Shown piece after piece: positions 28,422-38,704 of a stretch of 64,000 nt of DNA. Within the stretch, counting starts at the first letter, position 1, and every line of letters starts with the position of its first letter. Under the pieces are notes generated by a model. That model was not told where the DNA came from. It did not search any database and saw only the letters and a list, made by a program, of their open reading frames with translations. The DNA lies in contig JBMOGB010000002.1 of assembly GCA_049318585.1 (NCBI GenBank), positions 10,560 to 74,559 on the forward strand. The letters are read 5' to 3'. This DNA comes from Bacteroidia bacterium (lineage in GTDB: Bacteria > Bacteroidota > Bacteroidia > UKL13-3). The position numbers were made by a program, and so were the translations under genes.

Positions 28422-30344
28422 TTAAGCCGAAACCAACGTTTCTAACAATAATTTTTTTACTTGTATTTTTATTGCTTTAGCATCAAAACCACACTCTGCA
28501 TATAGTTCTGAAGGTTCGCCATGTTCAGTAATTTTATCAGGCATTCCAAGCATTTTAAAATGTGCAGTGTAATTATTTGCAGCCATAAATTCTAAAATGG
28601 CACTACCTGCACCACCTACTACAGTTCCGTCTTCAACAGTTATAATTTTATTGAATTTTGCAAAAACATCGTGCAGCATTTCTCTGTCAATTGGTTTAAC
28701 AAATCTTAGGTCAAAATGTGCAACATTTATTCCTTCTTCCGTTAAACTATTAATAGCTGAAGCAGCTAAATTACCTGCAGTTCCAAATGAAATGATTGCT
28801 ACATCATCACCATCTTTTAGTTTTCTGCCTTTACCAATTTCTATTTCATTTAAAGGAGTTTTCCAATTAGCATTTGTACCGTTTCCTCTAGGATAACGAA
28901 TAGAAAAAGGACCAGCATTTTTATCTAATGAAGCTGTGTACATTAGGTTACGTAATTCTTCTTCATTCATAGGTGCCGAAACCACCATGTTTGGAATGCA
29001 ACGCATGAACGGAATATCTATCATTCCATGATGAGTTTGTCCGTCAGCACCAGCTAGACCGGCTCTGTCCATACAAAAAACAACATGTAATTTTTGTAAA
29101 GCTACATCGTGTACCACTTGGTCGAAAGCACGCTGCATAAACGATGAATATATATTACAAAAAGGAACTAAACCTTGCGTAGCCAAACCAGCCGAAAAAG
29201 TAACTGCATGTTGCTCTGCAATACCTACATCAAAAGCTCTATCAGGCATGGCTTTCATCATAATATTTAATGAAGAACCTGAAGGCATAGCTGGAGTTAT
29301 TCCCACAATTTTTTTATTGGCTTCGGCTAATTCTACTAAAGTATTTCCAAATACATCTTGGTATTTTGGCGGTTGTGGAATTTCAGAAATCGTTTTAAAA
29401 ATTTCACCTGTTACTTTATCAAATAAACCGGGTGCATGCCATTTAGTTTGGTCTTTTTCGGCCAAGGCATAGCCTTTGCCTTTTACTGTTACACAATGTA
29501 ATAATTTAGGTCCTGGAATTTTCTTTAAATCATTTAAAACTTTTACTAAATGGTTTACATCATGTCCATCTACTGGACCAAAATACCTGAATCTTAGTGA
29601 TTCAAACATATTGCTTTGGCGCAATAATCCAGATTTTAAAGTATCGTGAACTTTTGAAATTACATCACCTGAAAACTTGCCAACTTTATCTAATTTATTT
29701 AAAGCTTTCCAAACATCATCTTTAAATTTATTATAGGTTGGCGATGTAGTTATATCGGTTAAATATTCTTTTAGCGCACCCACATTTGGGTCAATGCTCA
29801 TGCAGTTATCGTTTAAAATAACAATGATATTGCTGTTCTCAACTCCTGCATGATTTAAGCCTTCAAAAGCCAACCCAGCAGTCATAGCACCATCGCCAAT
29901 AATAGCAATATGTTGCTTATCAAATTCACCTTTTAAACGAGAAGCAACTGCCATTCCTAATGCTGCCGAAATGGAAGTAGATGAATGTCCAACTCCAAAA
30001 GTATCGTATTCGCTTTCTGCTCTTTTAGGAAAACCAGAAAGACCTTTATAAACTCTATTGGTGTAAAAATTATCTCTTCTACCTGTTAAAATTTTATGTC
30101 CATATGCTTGGTGTCCAACATCCCAAACTAATTGGTCGTAAGGCGTGTTAAATGCATAATGCAAAGCTACCGAAAGTTCAACAACTCCCAAGCTTGCACC
30201 AAAATGCCCACCATAAACTGATACAGTATCAATAATATATTGACGCAAGTCTGCGCAAACATTTACCAAATCAGCTTCATTTACTTTTCGTAAATCGGCT
30301 GGAAACTTTATAGGTTCTAAATATTGTCCGGCTTTTATTTCCAT
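28422..30344 (-). CDS. dxs: 1-deoxy-D-xylulose-5-phosphate synthase
   Basis: 640 aa; GHSSTSISAALGMA; ThDP motif GDGAMTAG...NDN. Confidence 0.95.
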   Translation of the reverse strand: MEIKAGQYLEPIKFPADLRKVNEADLVNVCADLRQYIIDTVSVYGGHFGASLGVVELSVALHYAFNTPYDQLVWDVGHQAYGHKILTGRRDNFYTNRVYKGLSGFPKRAESEYDTFGVGHSSTSISAALGMAVASRLKGEFDKQHIAIIGDGAMTAGLAFEGLNHAGVENSNIIVILNDNCMSIDPNVGALKEYLTDITTSPTYNKFKDDVWKALNKLDKVGKFSGDVISKVHDTLKSGLLRQSNMFESLRFRYFGPVDGHDVNHLVKVLNDLKKIPGPKLLHCVTVKGKGYALAEKDQTKWHAPGLFDKVTGEIFKTISEIPQPPKYQDVFGNTLVELAEANKKIVGITPAMPSGSSLNIMMKAMPDRAFDVGIAEQHAVTFSAGLATQGLVPFCNIYSSFMQRAFDQVVHDVALQKLHVVFCMDRAGLAGADGQTHHGMIDIPFMRCIPNMVVSAPMNEEELRNLMYTASLDKNAGPFSIRYPRGNGTNANWKTPLNEIEIGKGRKLKDGDDVAIISFGTAGNLAASAINSLTEEGINVAHFDLRFVKPIDREMLHDVFAKFNKIITVEDGTVVGGAGSAILEFMAANNYTAHFKMLGMPDKITEHGEPSELYAECGFDAKAIKIQVKKLLLETLVSA

Positions 30345-30611
30345 AACTCCTAATCAAACGAAATTAGTTAGATTTTGTTTGCAATTATTTATTGTTCATT
30401 TATAAAAGCGCAAAATAGTTGAATAAAATGTCTTTTAACAATGCTTTTTATTAGAAGCTGTCTAAATTTGATAATTTAGAATTGCTATAATTATATTTTT
30501 TGTCAATTAAGGTGCATTTTGAAGTTGCAAACAGTGCAACTTTCAACAAAAAAACTCAACGCAACAGAAAATAGAACATAGCAAATTTATTATGTGAATT
30601 TAGACACCTTT

Positions 30612-31337
30612 TTAGTCAATTAACAATTTTTTTGAATAAAAAACTTCTTCGTTTTTAATTGTAATAAAATGCAATCCTTTAGGTAATTCAGAAACATCAA
30701 TTGTATTTACATTTGATGTTAAGTGTTTATTTAATAGTATTTTACCAGTTATATCTGTAATTACTACTTCTGTGTTTTTGCTGTTTGTACGAATGCTTTC
30801 AACTGTTAAAATATTTTTTACAGGGTTTGGAAAAACATTGAAAGTTGGGTTGTTATTGAATTGGGAAACACTATTTTTTCCACCAGTAACATAAAAATCA
30901 ATGATACTAGAATCTAGTCTTTCTACCGGAAATGAAAGTCCAACTATTGAAATCCAAGAACGCACAAATACTTTTATTTCATAATGCTTAAAATGGTTAG
31001 AATCTGGTTTCCCTTCTAATAATGCACAACCTTTATCACCACCTTTCCAGGTACAATTAGATTTATTACAAGCCCATGAAAATCCTAAAGGAATATTTCT
31101 AATCTGATCAACTCTTGCCGAATCAATGGTGGCATTGTAGTTTTGGCCAGCATAAAAAATAACTGTGTCTTTGGGTGTTTTAAATGAAATAACAGTTGAA
31201 TAATTTGTTCCTACTACACCATCGGGAGCGCGGCTTGGGCTAATTCCATTGGTGTTCCAAGCTGGATCAGGAATACATTGTGAGTAAGTGGTAATGGTTG
31301 CTATTGATAGCACAATTAGTAAATAAATCTTTTTCAT
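30612..31337 (-). CDS. T9SS C-terminal sorting domain protein
   Basis: Signal peptide; C-terminal FNVFPNPVKNILTVE...GLHFITIK sorting-domain pattern. Confidence 0.7.
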   Translation of the reverse strand: MKKIYLLIVLSIATITTYSQCIPDPAWNTNGISPSRAPDGVVGTNYSTVISFKTPKDTVIFYAGQNYNATIDSARVDQIRNIPLGFSWACNKSNCTWKGGDKGCALLEGKPDSNHFKHYEIKVFVRSWISIVGLSFPVERLDSSIIDFYVTGGKNSVSQFNNNPTFNVFPNPVKNILTVESIRTNSKNTEVVITDITGKILLNKHLTSNVNTIDVSELPKGLHFITIKNEEVFYSKKLLID

Positions 31338-31349
31338 GGTTTTTTATGT

Positions 31350-32657
31350 TTAGTTCAAATGTAAATAAGCTTTTGTTATAAAATCAATTATTTTTTCAGT
31401 TGCGCCTACATTTTTTAAAATTTGTTGCTGCGCATTGTTCCCGAATTTTTGTCTAATTTCGTAATTATTTATCAATTTATTCATGCTTTCATCAAAATCT
31501 GATTGATTTTTTACACAAATGGCAGCTTCATTTTTTAAAAAATCTATTGCTTCTGGGAAGTAATCTAACTCATCACCATAAATTATAGCATTGCCAAAAG
31601 TGGCAGCTTCTAATATATTATGTAATCCTCTAGACTTAAAACCACCGCCAATAAACGAAATATCGGCATATTTATATATTTTACTCAACATGCCTATATT
31701 GTCAATTAGCAGTGAATCGTAATTGGCTATAAAAGTTGCATTGGCTTTACTGTATCTTATAATGTTTTCAGGAAAAAAAGTTTCAACATCTTCTAATTTA
31801 TCCTCGTTTATAAAATGTGGAGCTATTATTATTTTTATTTTTTGGGTTTTATTTTTAGCTAAATAATTTACCAACATTTGCTCTTCTAGTTCGTAACTAC
31901 TTCCCAAAACAATTAGTAAATATTCGCCTTTAAACTTACTAATTAAATCAAGGTTTTCGGTTAGTTGAAGTGCATTATAAACCCTGTCAAAACGAGTGTC
32001 TCCAGTAATTTTTACATTTAAAATATTGATGCTTTCGAGCAAAGTTTTACTCAGTTCGTTTTGAGTAAATATATAAGTAAAGTTTGACAATATTTTTTTA
32101 TAAAAAACAGCATATTTTTTAAAATAAACTTGCTTGTTGTTAAAGCTTGCATCTATTAAAAAAGTAGAAATTTTTAGTTTTTTTAGTTCATTTAAATAAA
32201 AAAACCAAAAATCGTATTTTACCCAAAAAACCAACTCGGGTTTAAATAAACCAATTAAATTTTTAGCATTTTTTCTTGAATCGTTTGGCAAATAAAAAAT
32301 GAAATCAGCTACTGCATCATTTTTCCTAATTTCGTATCCCGAAGGGGAGAATACTGTAACAATATATTTATGGTTTGGGTAAATAATTTTTAGTTTTTCA
32401 ATTACAGGTCTGGCTTGTTCAAATTCGCCTAACGAAGATACATGAAACCAAATTGATTTCCTTTTATCGCCTTGAATTGATTGAGAGATATGTTTAAAGA
32501 TGTCTTTTCTTCCAATTACAAATTGCTTTGCTCTTTTGTTAAATGGAGATATTATTTTTAGTAATAAAAAAAAAGATTTGGTGCTTATTATGTAAAGAAA
32601 ATAGCCTAAATAATTTGTCATGAAATAATTAGTTGGCTTTAAAGTTAAACTCTTCAC
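31350..32657 (-). CDS. waaA: 3-deoxy-D-manno-octulosonic acid transferase
   Basis: WFHVSSLGEFEQARPVIEKLK and a C-terminal GT-B half (GGGFKSRGLHNILEAATFG). An alternative start at 32621 would remove overlap with the upstream gene. Confidence 0.85.
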   Translation of the reverse strand: MKSLTLKPTNYFMTNYLGYFLYIISTKSFFLLLKIISPFNKRAKQFVIGRKDIFKHISQSIQGDKRKSIWFHVSSLGEFEQARPVIEKLKIIYPNHKYIVTVFSPSGYEIRKNDAVADFIFYLPNDSRKNAKNLIGLFKPELVFWVKYDFWFFYLNELKKLKISTFLIDASFNNKQVYFKKYAVFYKKILSNFTYIFTQNELSKTLLESINILNVKITGDTRFDRVYNALQLTENLDLISKFKGEYLLIVLGSSYELEEQMLVNYLAKNKTQKIKIIIAPHFINEDKLEDVETFFPENIIRYSKANATFIANYDSLLIDNIGMLSKIYKYADISFIGGGFKSRGLHNILEAATFGNAIIYGDELDYFPEAIDFLKNEAAICVKNQSDFDESMNKLINNYEIRQKFGNNAQQQILKNVGATEKIIDFITKAYLHLN

Positions 32658-33402
32658 TTTTTGAACTTAAATAAATTGGAATCATCCAACCAAAACGAAA
32701 TGCAGTATAATTGTCTTGTTTTGAACCCAAATCGTATTGATGAGTATCGTAATTATATTCTCGTAAGTTTTTGGTAAATGCTTGTGCAAAATCAACTCCA
32801 GCATAAAAGTTTAAAAGCCTACTTTCTGAATGAAAATAATAACCTACAAACTGACTGATGGCAAGGCCACCATGAAGTCTATCATAACCTCTTTGGTTTA
32901 CTTCATTAAGCTGAGCAACTGTGTTTTGAGGAATATTGAAATTTAAATAGTGCATTAAGTAACCTGCACCAATTTGAACTAAAAACCCATGATTTTTATT
33001 TAGCCTATTAACAGGAATTATTTTACCAATTCTTCCAAAAGCCGTAAACCCTCTCATCGATAAATCAACAGTAGCTGGTGTTCCATTATTTGTGTTAAAA
33101 GTATAATTATTGCTATTGGTTAAATTTACCAAATCGGCTGTATTTTTTAAATTATTGGAAAGCATAAAACTACTTTCGGCACTGAATAACCAATTTGTTT
33201 GAGTTTTATAGTTAACACCAAAACCCAAACCGTGGCTAACACCATACATTTTCTCCCAATCACCGCTAGGAAATTGGCCATTATAAATAAACTGAAAATT
33301 GAAAATTTTATTGCTAAAATCATCTCCTTTTTTTTGTGCAAATGCCATTGAATTTACAAAAACAAAAAGTATAAAAAGTGTAGCTTTGGTTATTTTTACC
33401 AT
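32629..33402 (-). CDS. putative outer-membrane beta-barrel protein
   Basis: Signal peptide (SMAFAQ); alternating aromatic/hydrophobic strands; C-terminal F. Confidence 0.45.
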   Translation of the reverse strand: MVKITKATLFILFVFVNSMAFAQKKGDDFSNKIFNFQFIYNGQFPSGDWEKMYGVSHGLGFGVNYKTQTNWLFSAESSFMLSNNLKNTADLVNLTNSNNYTFNTNNGTPATVDLSMRGFTAFGRIGKIIPVNRLNKNHGFLVQIGAGYLMHYLNFNIPQNTVAQLNEVNQRGYDRLHGGLAISQFVGYYFHSESRLLNFYAGVDFAQAFTKNLREYNYDTHQYDLGSKQDNYTAFRFGWMIPIYLSSKSEEFNFKAN

Positions 33403-33426
33403 ATAATTTTTTTATGAAAACGTGCG

Positions 33427-33960
33427 TTAAATTACCTTCAAGTAATGTTCCATTTGTTTAGCCAAAAAATACAAATCTTTATTACTTCCAGTGTCTATAG
33501 TCATGTCAAATAATTTGGTAGCAAGGTTCATTTGAGCACCTAATTGGTATTTTGCTTTACTTAATACCGAAATACCTTGTAATGCCAGTGTTTCTTCGTT
33601 GTAAATATTGAATAAAATATCGAATTTTATGTCAATAAATCGTCCAATTTTATCAGGATTTGGTAAGTTAAAAAAAGTAAGATTACTGTTTAAAAACAAA
33701 TCGCTACTTATTTGCGGCACTCTTTTATTAGGCAATTCTTTTTGGTTTATAAATCCAAGTAAATACACTTTTTTCCCTTCACTCCTTAATTCGCCTGCAA
33801 ATTGTTGAACTTTATGTTCGTTTTGCATATTTTCAGCATTATAAATTATTCCAATTTCATTGGCTTTATCAAAAGGCATAAAAGCATGTTTGGCTTTTTT
33901 AGCTTTTATTTGATTTTGTAAAATAAATTTACCGAAATAATTCTTTAATTGATTGAACAT
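33427..33960 (-). CDS. hypothetical protein
   Basis: 177-aa ORF in an operon-like string with flanking genes; no motif recognised. Confidence 0.5.
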   Translation of the reverse strand: MFNQLKNYFGKFILQNQIKAKKAKHAFMPFDKANEIGIIYNAENMQNEHKVQQFAGELRSEGKKVYLLGFINQKELPNKRVPQISSDLFLNSNLTFFNLPNPDKIGRFIDIKFDILFNIYNEETLALQGISVLSKAKYQLGAQMNLATKLFDMTIDTGSNKDLYFLAKQMEHYLKVI

Positions 33961-33975
33961 CTGTTTCTAAAACCG

Positions 33976-35220
33976 TTAGTCGTTAATGAGCAATTTTACA
34001 TAAAACAAAGGATTTCGCAATTTTGCTCTTAAATCTAAATCTTCAAACATGCAACTAATTGTTTCGCGTAGTGCTTTGTTTTTATTGGCTTTGTTTACCA
34101 CAAAATTGAATAGCCACGGGTATTTACAAAGTTTTTGCATGGTATGGCTTAACTTTAATTCATCCCATTGTCTATCGTAAAAAGCATTGTCGTAAGTTTG
34201 ATTAAATGCTGCAGTGTAGTTATTTTGTGAAATACAATTTTGAATATGAGTTGCGGCCAACATTCCACTATACATGGCATTGCCAATTCCCTCGCCCGTA
34301 AATGGATCTATTAAACTTGCTGCATCGCCAGTTAACAAAAAATTGTTGCCACTAATTACACGCTTTTTGCTGCCTAATGGCAATCCCCAACCTTGAATAT
34401 TGTTCACCAATTTGGCATTGGCAAAACGGTGTTTTATTTTAGGATTATTGGCAATTGCACGCAACATATCTTCTTTTAAATTTACTTTTTTAGCACTTAC
34501 CGATGAACTTAACATTCCTGCACCCACATTGGCTTGTCCGTTTGGCAACGGAAAAATCCAAAAATATCCCGGAAGTAATTCTTCCAAAAAATGAAGTTCT
34601 ATAAAATTTTGATCATGTAGTTCAGTTACACCTTCGTAATAAGCCCTAATTCCAGCGCAGTAATGGTCGTTTTCTTTCTTTATATCCGATAATTTTTTAG
34701 CCACTAATGAACGGTCACCTTCCGCTCCTATCAGCATTTTTATGTTTTTTATTTCAAATGTTTCTGTATTATTTTTCAGTTGAACTGTTATTCCATCATC
34801 CGTTTTTATAATATCTAATAATTCTGTTCCATCTAAAACAGTGGCGTAATTTCTATCTAATTTATTAAACAAACTGGCATCAAAATCTATGCGCTTGCTA
34901 ATAAAACCTGGTGCATGCGTTTCTTTACTCACATCGCTTTTAAAAGGAATATCAATTGATTTGCCATTTGGCGCTACAAATTTTACTCCCCAACTTGGCA
35001 TAAACTGATTACTTTTATTGTTGTAATCATAAATCATTTCTGGGTTCAGTTGTTTCATTACATAAACAACTTTACCACTTAAGGCATCGCCACAAACTTT
35101 ATCGCGTGGAAAAAAAGCCTTATCAATGATGGTATGAGGAATTTTGTTTTTTGCTAAAAAAAGTGAAGTACTGCAACCTGCCGGTCCTGCTCCAATTATA
35201 ACTATGTCGGTTGGTTTCAT
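33976..35220 (-). CDS. geranylgeranyl reductase family FAD-dependent oxidoreductase
   Basis: DIVIIGAGPAGCS dinucleotide motif; GDAASLIDPFTGEGI. Confidence 0.8.
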   Translation of the reverse strand: MKPTDIVIIGAGPAGCSTSLFLAKNKIPHTIIDKAFFPRDKVCGDALSGKVVYVMKQLNPEMIYDYNNKSNQFMPSWGVKFVAPNGKSIDIPFKSDVSKETHAPGFISKRIDFDASLFNKLDRNYATVLDGTELLDIIKTDDGITVQLKNNTETFEIKNIKMLIGAEGDRSLVAKKLSDIKKENDHYCAGIRAYYEGVTELHDQNFIELHFLEELLPGYFWIFPLPNGQANVGAGMLSSSVSAKKVNLKEDMLRAIANNPKIKHRFANAKLVNNIQGWGLPLGSKKRVISGNNFLLTGDAASLIDPFTGEGIGNAMYSGMLAATHIQNCISQNNYTAAFNQTYDNAFYDRQWDELKLSHTMQKLCKYPWLFNFVVNKANKNKALRETISCMFEDLDLRAKLRNPLFYVKLLIND

Positions 35221-35330
35221 TTAGTGGGTTGCAATTTAAAAAAAACTAGCATTTTTTTGGTATTAAATAAAAGCAATTTTGATTTAGCTGTAAAAAGTAT
35301 AAGTTGAAAAACTAACTTTAAACTATAAAA

Positions 35331-35361
35331 CCGATGCCTTCGTTTAAAGCGAAGGCATCGG
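35331..35361. repeat. perfect 12-bp-stem hairpin
   Basis: CCGATGCCTTCG-tttaaag-CGAAGGCATCGG. Confidence 0.7.
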
Positions 35362-35377
35362 CAAAAACTATAAAAAC

Positions 35378-35416
35378 TAAAAAGCCATTGAACACTTTTG
35401 TTCAATGGCTTTTTTA
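35378..35416 (-). terminator. terminator of the DUF3127 gene
   Basis: AGCCATTGAAC/GTTCAATGGCT stem flanked by A/T runs. Confidence 0.7.
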
Positions 35417-35432
35417 TACTTTAAATTATAGT

Positions 35433-35831
35433 TTAAAATGGTAAGTCGTCTGAAGCGCTTTCATCGTTACTAAACGACATGTTAGCTGGTGCTTCATTTA
35501 CATTATTATTTTGAGGTGCACTTGGCTGAAAATTGGTTTGAGCTGGTGGTTGAGCAACAGGTGCAGCACCAGCAGGAGTAACTTTCCAAGCATTTAAATT
35601 AGTGTAATATTTGCCGTTATATTCTCTGCTTTCTGCATCAAAACTAACTACTACTTCTTGGCCTTCTATCACTTGATTTTGATCAATTTTAGCTCCCATT
35701 AAACTAAACATTACCTTTTTAGGGTATTGGTCGCCAGTTTCAATTAAAAATTCTTGCTTACGCCATTGGCCATTTTTTCCTTCACCGGTAACAACTGGTA
35801 TCGATAAAATTACTTTTCCTTTCAAATCCAT
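35433..35831 (-). CDS. DUF3127 (OB-fold, SSB-like) protein
   Basis: 132 aa; NGQWRKQEFLIETGDQYPKKVMF core; Pro/Gln/Asn-rich linker; C-terminal SDDLPF. Confidence 0.75.
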   Translation of the reverse strand: MDLKGKVILSIPVVTGEGKNGQWRKQEFLIETGDQYPKKVMFSLMGAKIDQNQVIEGQEVVVSFDAESREYNGKYYTNLNAWKVTPAGAAPVAQPPAQTNFQPSAPQNNNVNEAPANMSFSNDESASDDLPF

Positions 35832-36177
35832 GCAGCAAATAAAAACATTATTTTTTAATTATTTTGCAATGTGTAAAAAAAATATGTTTTAGCGCTATTT
35901 CATTTTAAAAATATAGTGGTTTTATGTCTGATTTTACCATTGCATAATTAAAAACTAGGTTTAGATTTTTTTTCGTGTTATAATTATAACAGTTTTACTT
36001 TTGTTTTTGTTGATGCTTTTTTGCATTTAAAATCTCAACTTAATAAATCAGTTTGAATTCAAACAATTTGTACCGTTTATAAAAATAGTTTTTGGGTAAT
36101 AAGCATTATTATAAAATAAATGTAATTTTCGCACTTCATTGATTGAAAAAACAATGAGGTTTTAAAATAAATAATTC

Positions 36178-37524
36178 ATGAAAAAATCGAAAAATAAACT
36201 ATTAATTTGGTTAGGAATAGCTATAGTAATTTTAATAATTATAGCTGTGGTTGGTAAGAAAAAAGGTTGGTTTGGAGGCAAAGATGAAATAAGAGTAAGC
36301 ATGGCTGTTACCGAAATAAAAACAGTAATTGAAACGGTAAATGCTAATGGAAAAATTCAACCAGAAACCGAAGTAAAAATAAGTTCAGATGTAAGTGGAG
36401 AGATTAGAGAATTATATGTAAAAGAAGGCGATTCAGTAACTGTTGGTCAGTTATTAGCTCGAATAGATCCAGAATTATATGCATCGGCATTAGATAGAAG
36501 TAGTGCTTCGTTAAGCAATGCAAAAGCTAATTCTGCTACAAGTAAAGCACGATTAACACAGGCTGAAGCACGATTTGCAGAAATAGAAAAGCAGTTCAAT
36601 CGATCGAAAAAAATGGCTGAACAAAAACTAATTAGTGAAGCAGAAATTGAAACTGCTACATCAAGTTATAAAAATGCAAAAGCTGAAGTAGATGCTATTA
36701 AACAAAATGTAATAGGTGCTGATTTTACTGTAAAAAGTTTTGAAGCAAGTTTAAAAGAAAGCAAAAAGAATTTGACAAGAACAGAAATTTTTGCTCCTGT
36801 TAGTGGAATAGTATCAAGTTTAAAAGTAGAAAAAGGCGAACGTGTAGTTGGAACATCGCAAATGGCAGGAACCGAAATGATGCGAATAGCAAATTTAAAT
36901 GCCATGGAAGTAAGCGTAGATGTAAACGAAAATGACATAATAAAAGTAGGTTTAGGCGATACTGTTTTAATAGAAGTAGATGCTTATGGAACCCGAAAAT
37001 TTAAAGGTTTGGTTTCAGAAATTGCAAACAGTGCAAGTGCCAATGGTGCTAGTACTAGCGACCAAGTAACAAATTTTATTGTTAAAATAAAAATATTGAG
37101 GAGTAGTTATGCCGATTTAACTGCCAAATTTGGAAAACGCAAAGCTGTGTTTCGTCCAGGAATGAGTGCCAGTGTAGAAATTCAAACTGAAATTGCAAAT
37201 AAAGTATTGGCTATTCCTATAGAAGCAGTAACTGTTAGACAACCAAATGATTTAGATACTTCTGTTGCTGATAAAAAAGAAATGGTGTCAAATACTGATT
37301 CAAAAGATGAAGTAGAAGTGGTGTTTGTAAGCAATAATAATACTGCTGCTATCAGGAAAATAGTTACTGGAATTCAAGACGATAAGTTAATTGTAATAAC
37401 TAGTGGTTTAGCCAAAGGCGATATTGTAATTAGTGGGCCTTATGCAACAGTTTCTAAAACTTTAAAACATGGCGACAAGCTTAAAAAAGTTACTAAAGAA
37501 GAGCTTTTTGAAGTGAAGAAATAG
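36178..37524 (+). CDS. efflux transporter periplasmic adaptor (HlyD/MacA family)
   Basis: N-terminal TM; lipoyl-like GEIRELYVKEGDSVTVGQLLARID; long coiled coil; barrel domains. Confidence 0.85.
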   Translation: MKKSKNKLLIWLGIAIVILIIIAVVGKKKGWFGGKDEIRVSMAVTEIKTVIETVNANGKIQPETEVKISSDVSGEIRELYVKEGDSVTVGQLLARIDPELYASALDRSSASLSNAKANSATSKARLTQAEARFAEIEKQFNRSKKMAEQKLISEAEIETATSSYKNAKAEVDAIKQNVIGADFTVKSFEASLKESKKNLTRTEIFAPVSGIVSSLKVEKGERVVGTSQMAGTEMMRIANLNAMEVSVDVNENDIIKVGLGDTVLIEVDAYGTRKFKGLVSEIANSASANGASTSDQVTNFIVKIKILRSSYADLTAKFGKRKAVFRPGMSASVEIQTEIANKVLAIPIEAVTVRQPNDLDTSVADKKEMVSNTDSKDEVEVVFVSNNNTAAIRKIVTGIQDDKLIVITSGLAKGDIVISGPYATVSKTLKHGDKLKKVTKEELFEVKK

Positions 37525-37628
37525 TAATGGGAGTTTGAAGATTAATTATATGAAAAAATAAAAAGTTTTGAAACTTAATTTTGTCTTTTATCAACTAAAA
37601 AAAATTCATATTGAAAACAATGATAAAT

Positions 37629-37666
37629 AAAACCTGACAGATTTTTTAAAACCTGTCAGGTTTTAT
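37629..37666. terminator. bidirectional terminator
   Basis: AACCTGACAG(37631-37640)/CTGTCAGGTT(37653-37662) between convergent genes. Confidence 0.75.
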
Positions 37667-37670
37667 TTAT

Positions 37671-38423
37671 TTATTCCACTACTATTTTTTGATGAAATTG
37701 GTTGGTTTCGTTTTCAATTTGTAACAAATAAATGCCTTTTGAAATGCCATCTAATTGAATATTTTGTTGGTTGAAACCTGCATTTAAGTTAACTAATTGC
37801 AATGCAACCAAAGCACCTTGAATATTGAAAATTTTAACAGTACATTGTGTCGAATTTTTATTCCAAACCGATAAATTAAATTGATTGTTTACAATTGGAT
37901 TAGGGAAAATTTCATACTCAAAATTATCTATTTTATTAGTGTTTTTAACAGAAACACCGCTGTTTACAGTCATTACATAATTAGTAATAGTATCGTATTG
38001 ATTTTGGCTAACTCCAAAAGCAGAAGCTTTAATTTTAATAAATATTTGCAATGGGAAAACGCCTTTTTGTGTAGGTGTACCGCTAACTTTTACACAGCCA
38101 TTTCCACCTCCAGCAATGTTACAATTTGAAGTGTTGCATTGGTAATTTAAACCAGTAGGATAACCAGTAATATTAGTAATTGTAAATGAATCAATAGTAG
38201 CTGCAATGTTTCCTAAACCGGGTACATTAACTACAGTGTCTTTAACAATATAATATTGTAAAACTTGATCGTAAGCTTGGCCTACTCTGCCTGCGGGCAA
38301 TGAGGTTGGGAAAACACCAGTAGTTTTTATTGAAGGATCGGGTGTACACTGAGCAATAGCAAATGAATTTAAAAGAAATACACTAACACCTGTAGATAAA
38401 AGTTTGTAGAATTTTTGTTTCAT
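37671..38423 (-). CDS. T9SS C-terminal sorting domain protein (paralog of 30612..31337)
   Basis: Start at MKQKFYKLL (38423) gives a signal peptide. QCTPDP.. after cleavage and a C-terminal IFPNPIVNNQFNLSV...GIYLLQI tail. Confidence 0.7.
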   Translation of the reverse strand: MKQKFYKLLSTGVSVFLLNSFAIAQCTPDPSIKTTGVFPTSLPAGRVGQAYDQVLQYYIVKDTVVNVPGLGNIAATIDSFTITNITGYPTGLNYQCNTSNCNIAGGGNGCVKVSGTPTQKGVFPLQIFIKIKASAFGVSQNQYDTITNYVMTVNSGVSVKNTNKIDNFEYEIFPNPIVNNQFNLSVWNKNSTQCTVKIFNIQGALVALQLVNLNAGFNQQNIQLDGISKGIYLLQIENETNQFHQKIVVE

Positions 38424-38704
38424 ATTTTTTTTGTTTTTAATTATCAAATATAAAAACATTTGACAATAGTTATGTGTTTTTTCTGTAAAAACACAGTAAT
38501 TGCTTTTAAAACCCAAAAAATCAAAAAATTCCAAATCAAATTTCCTTTCGCTCCAGGGGTGGAAGTTTTGCCATGCATAGTTTTGTTAAGCACTAAGTGC
38601 GAATTTTTTTCATTTATGTGAATAAATACAAACATCTTAATTCACAAAAAATTCTTCCAAAATAGTGCTTTGCTCTTCTAATTATTTTTTAGTTATTTGC
38701 CATT

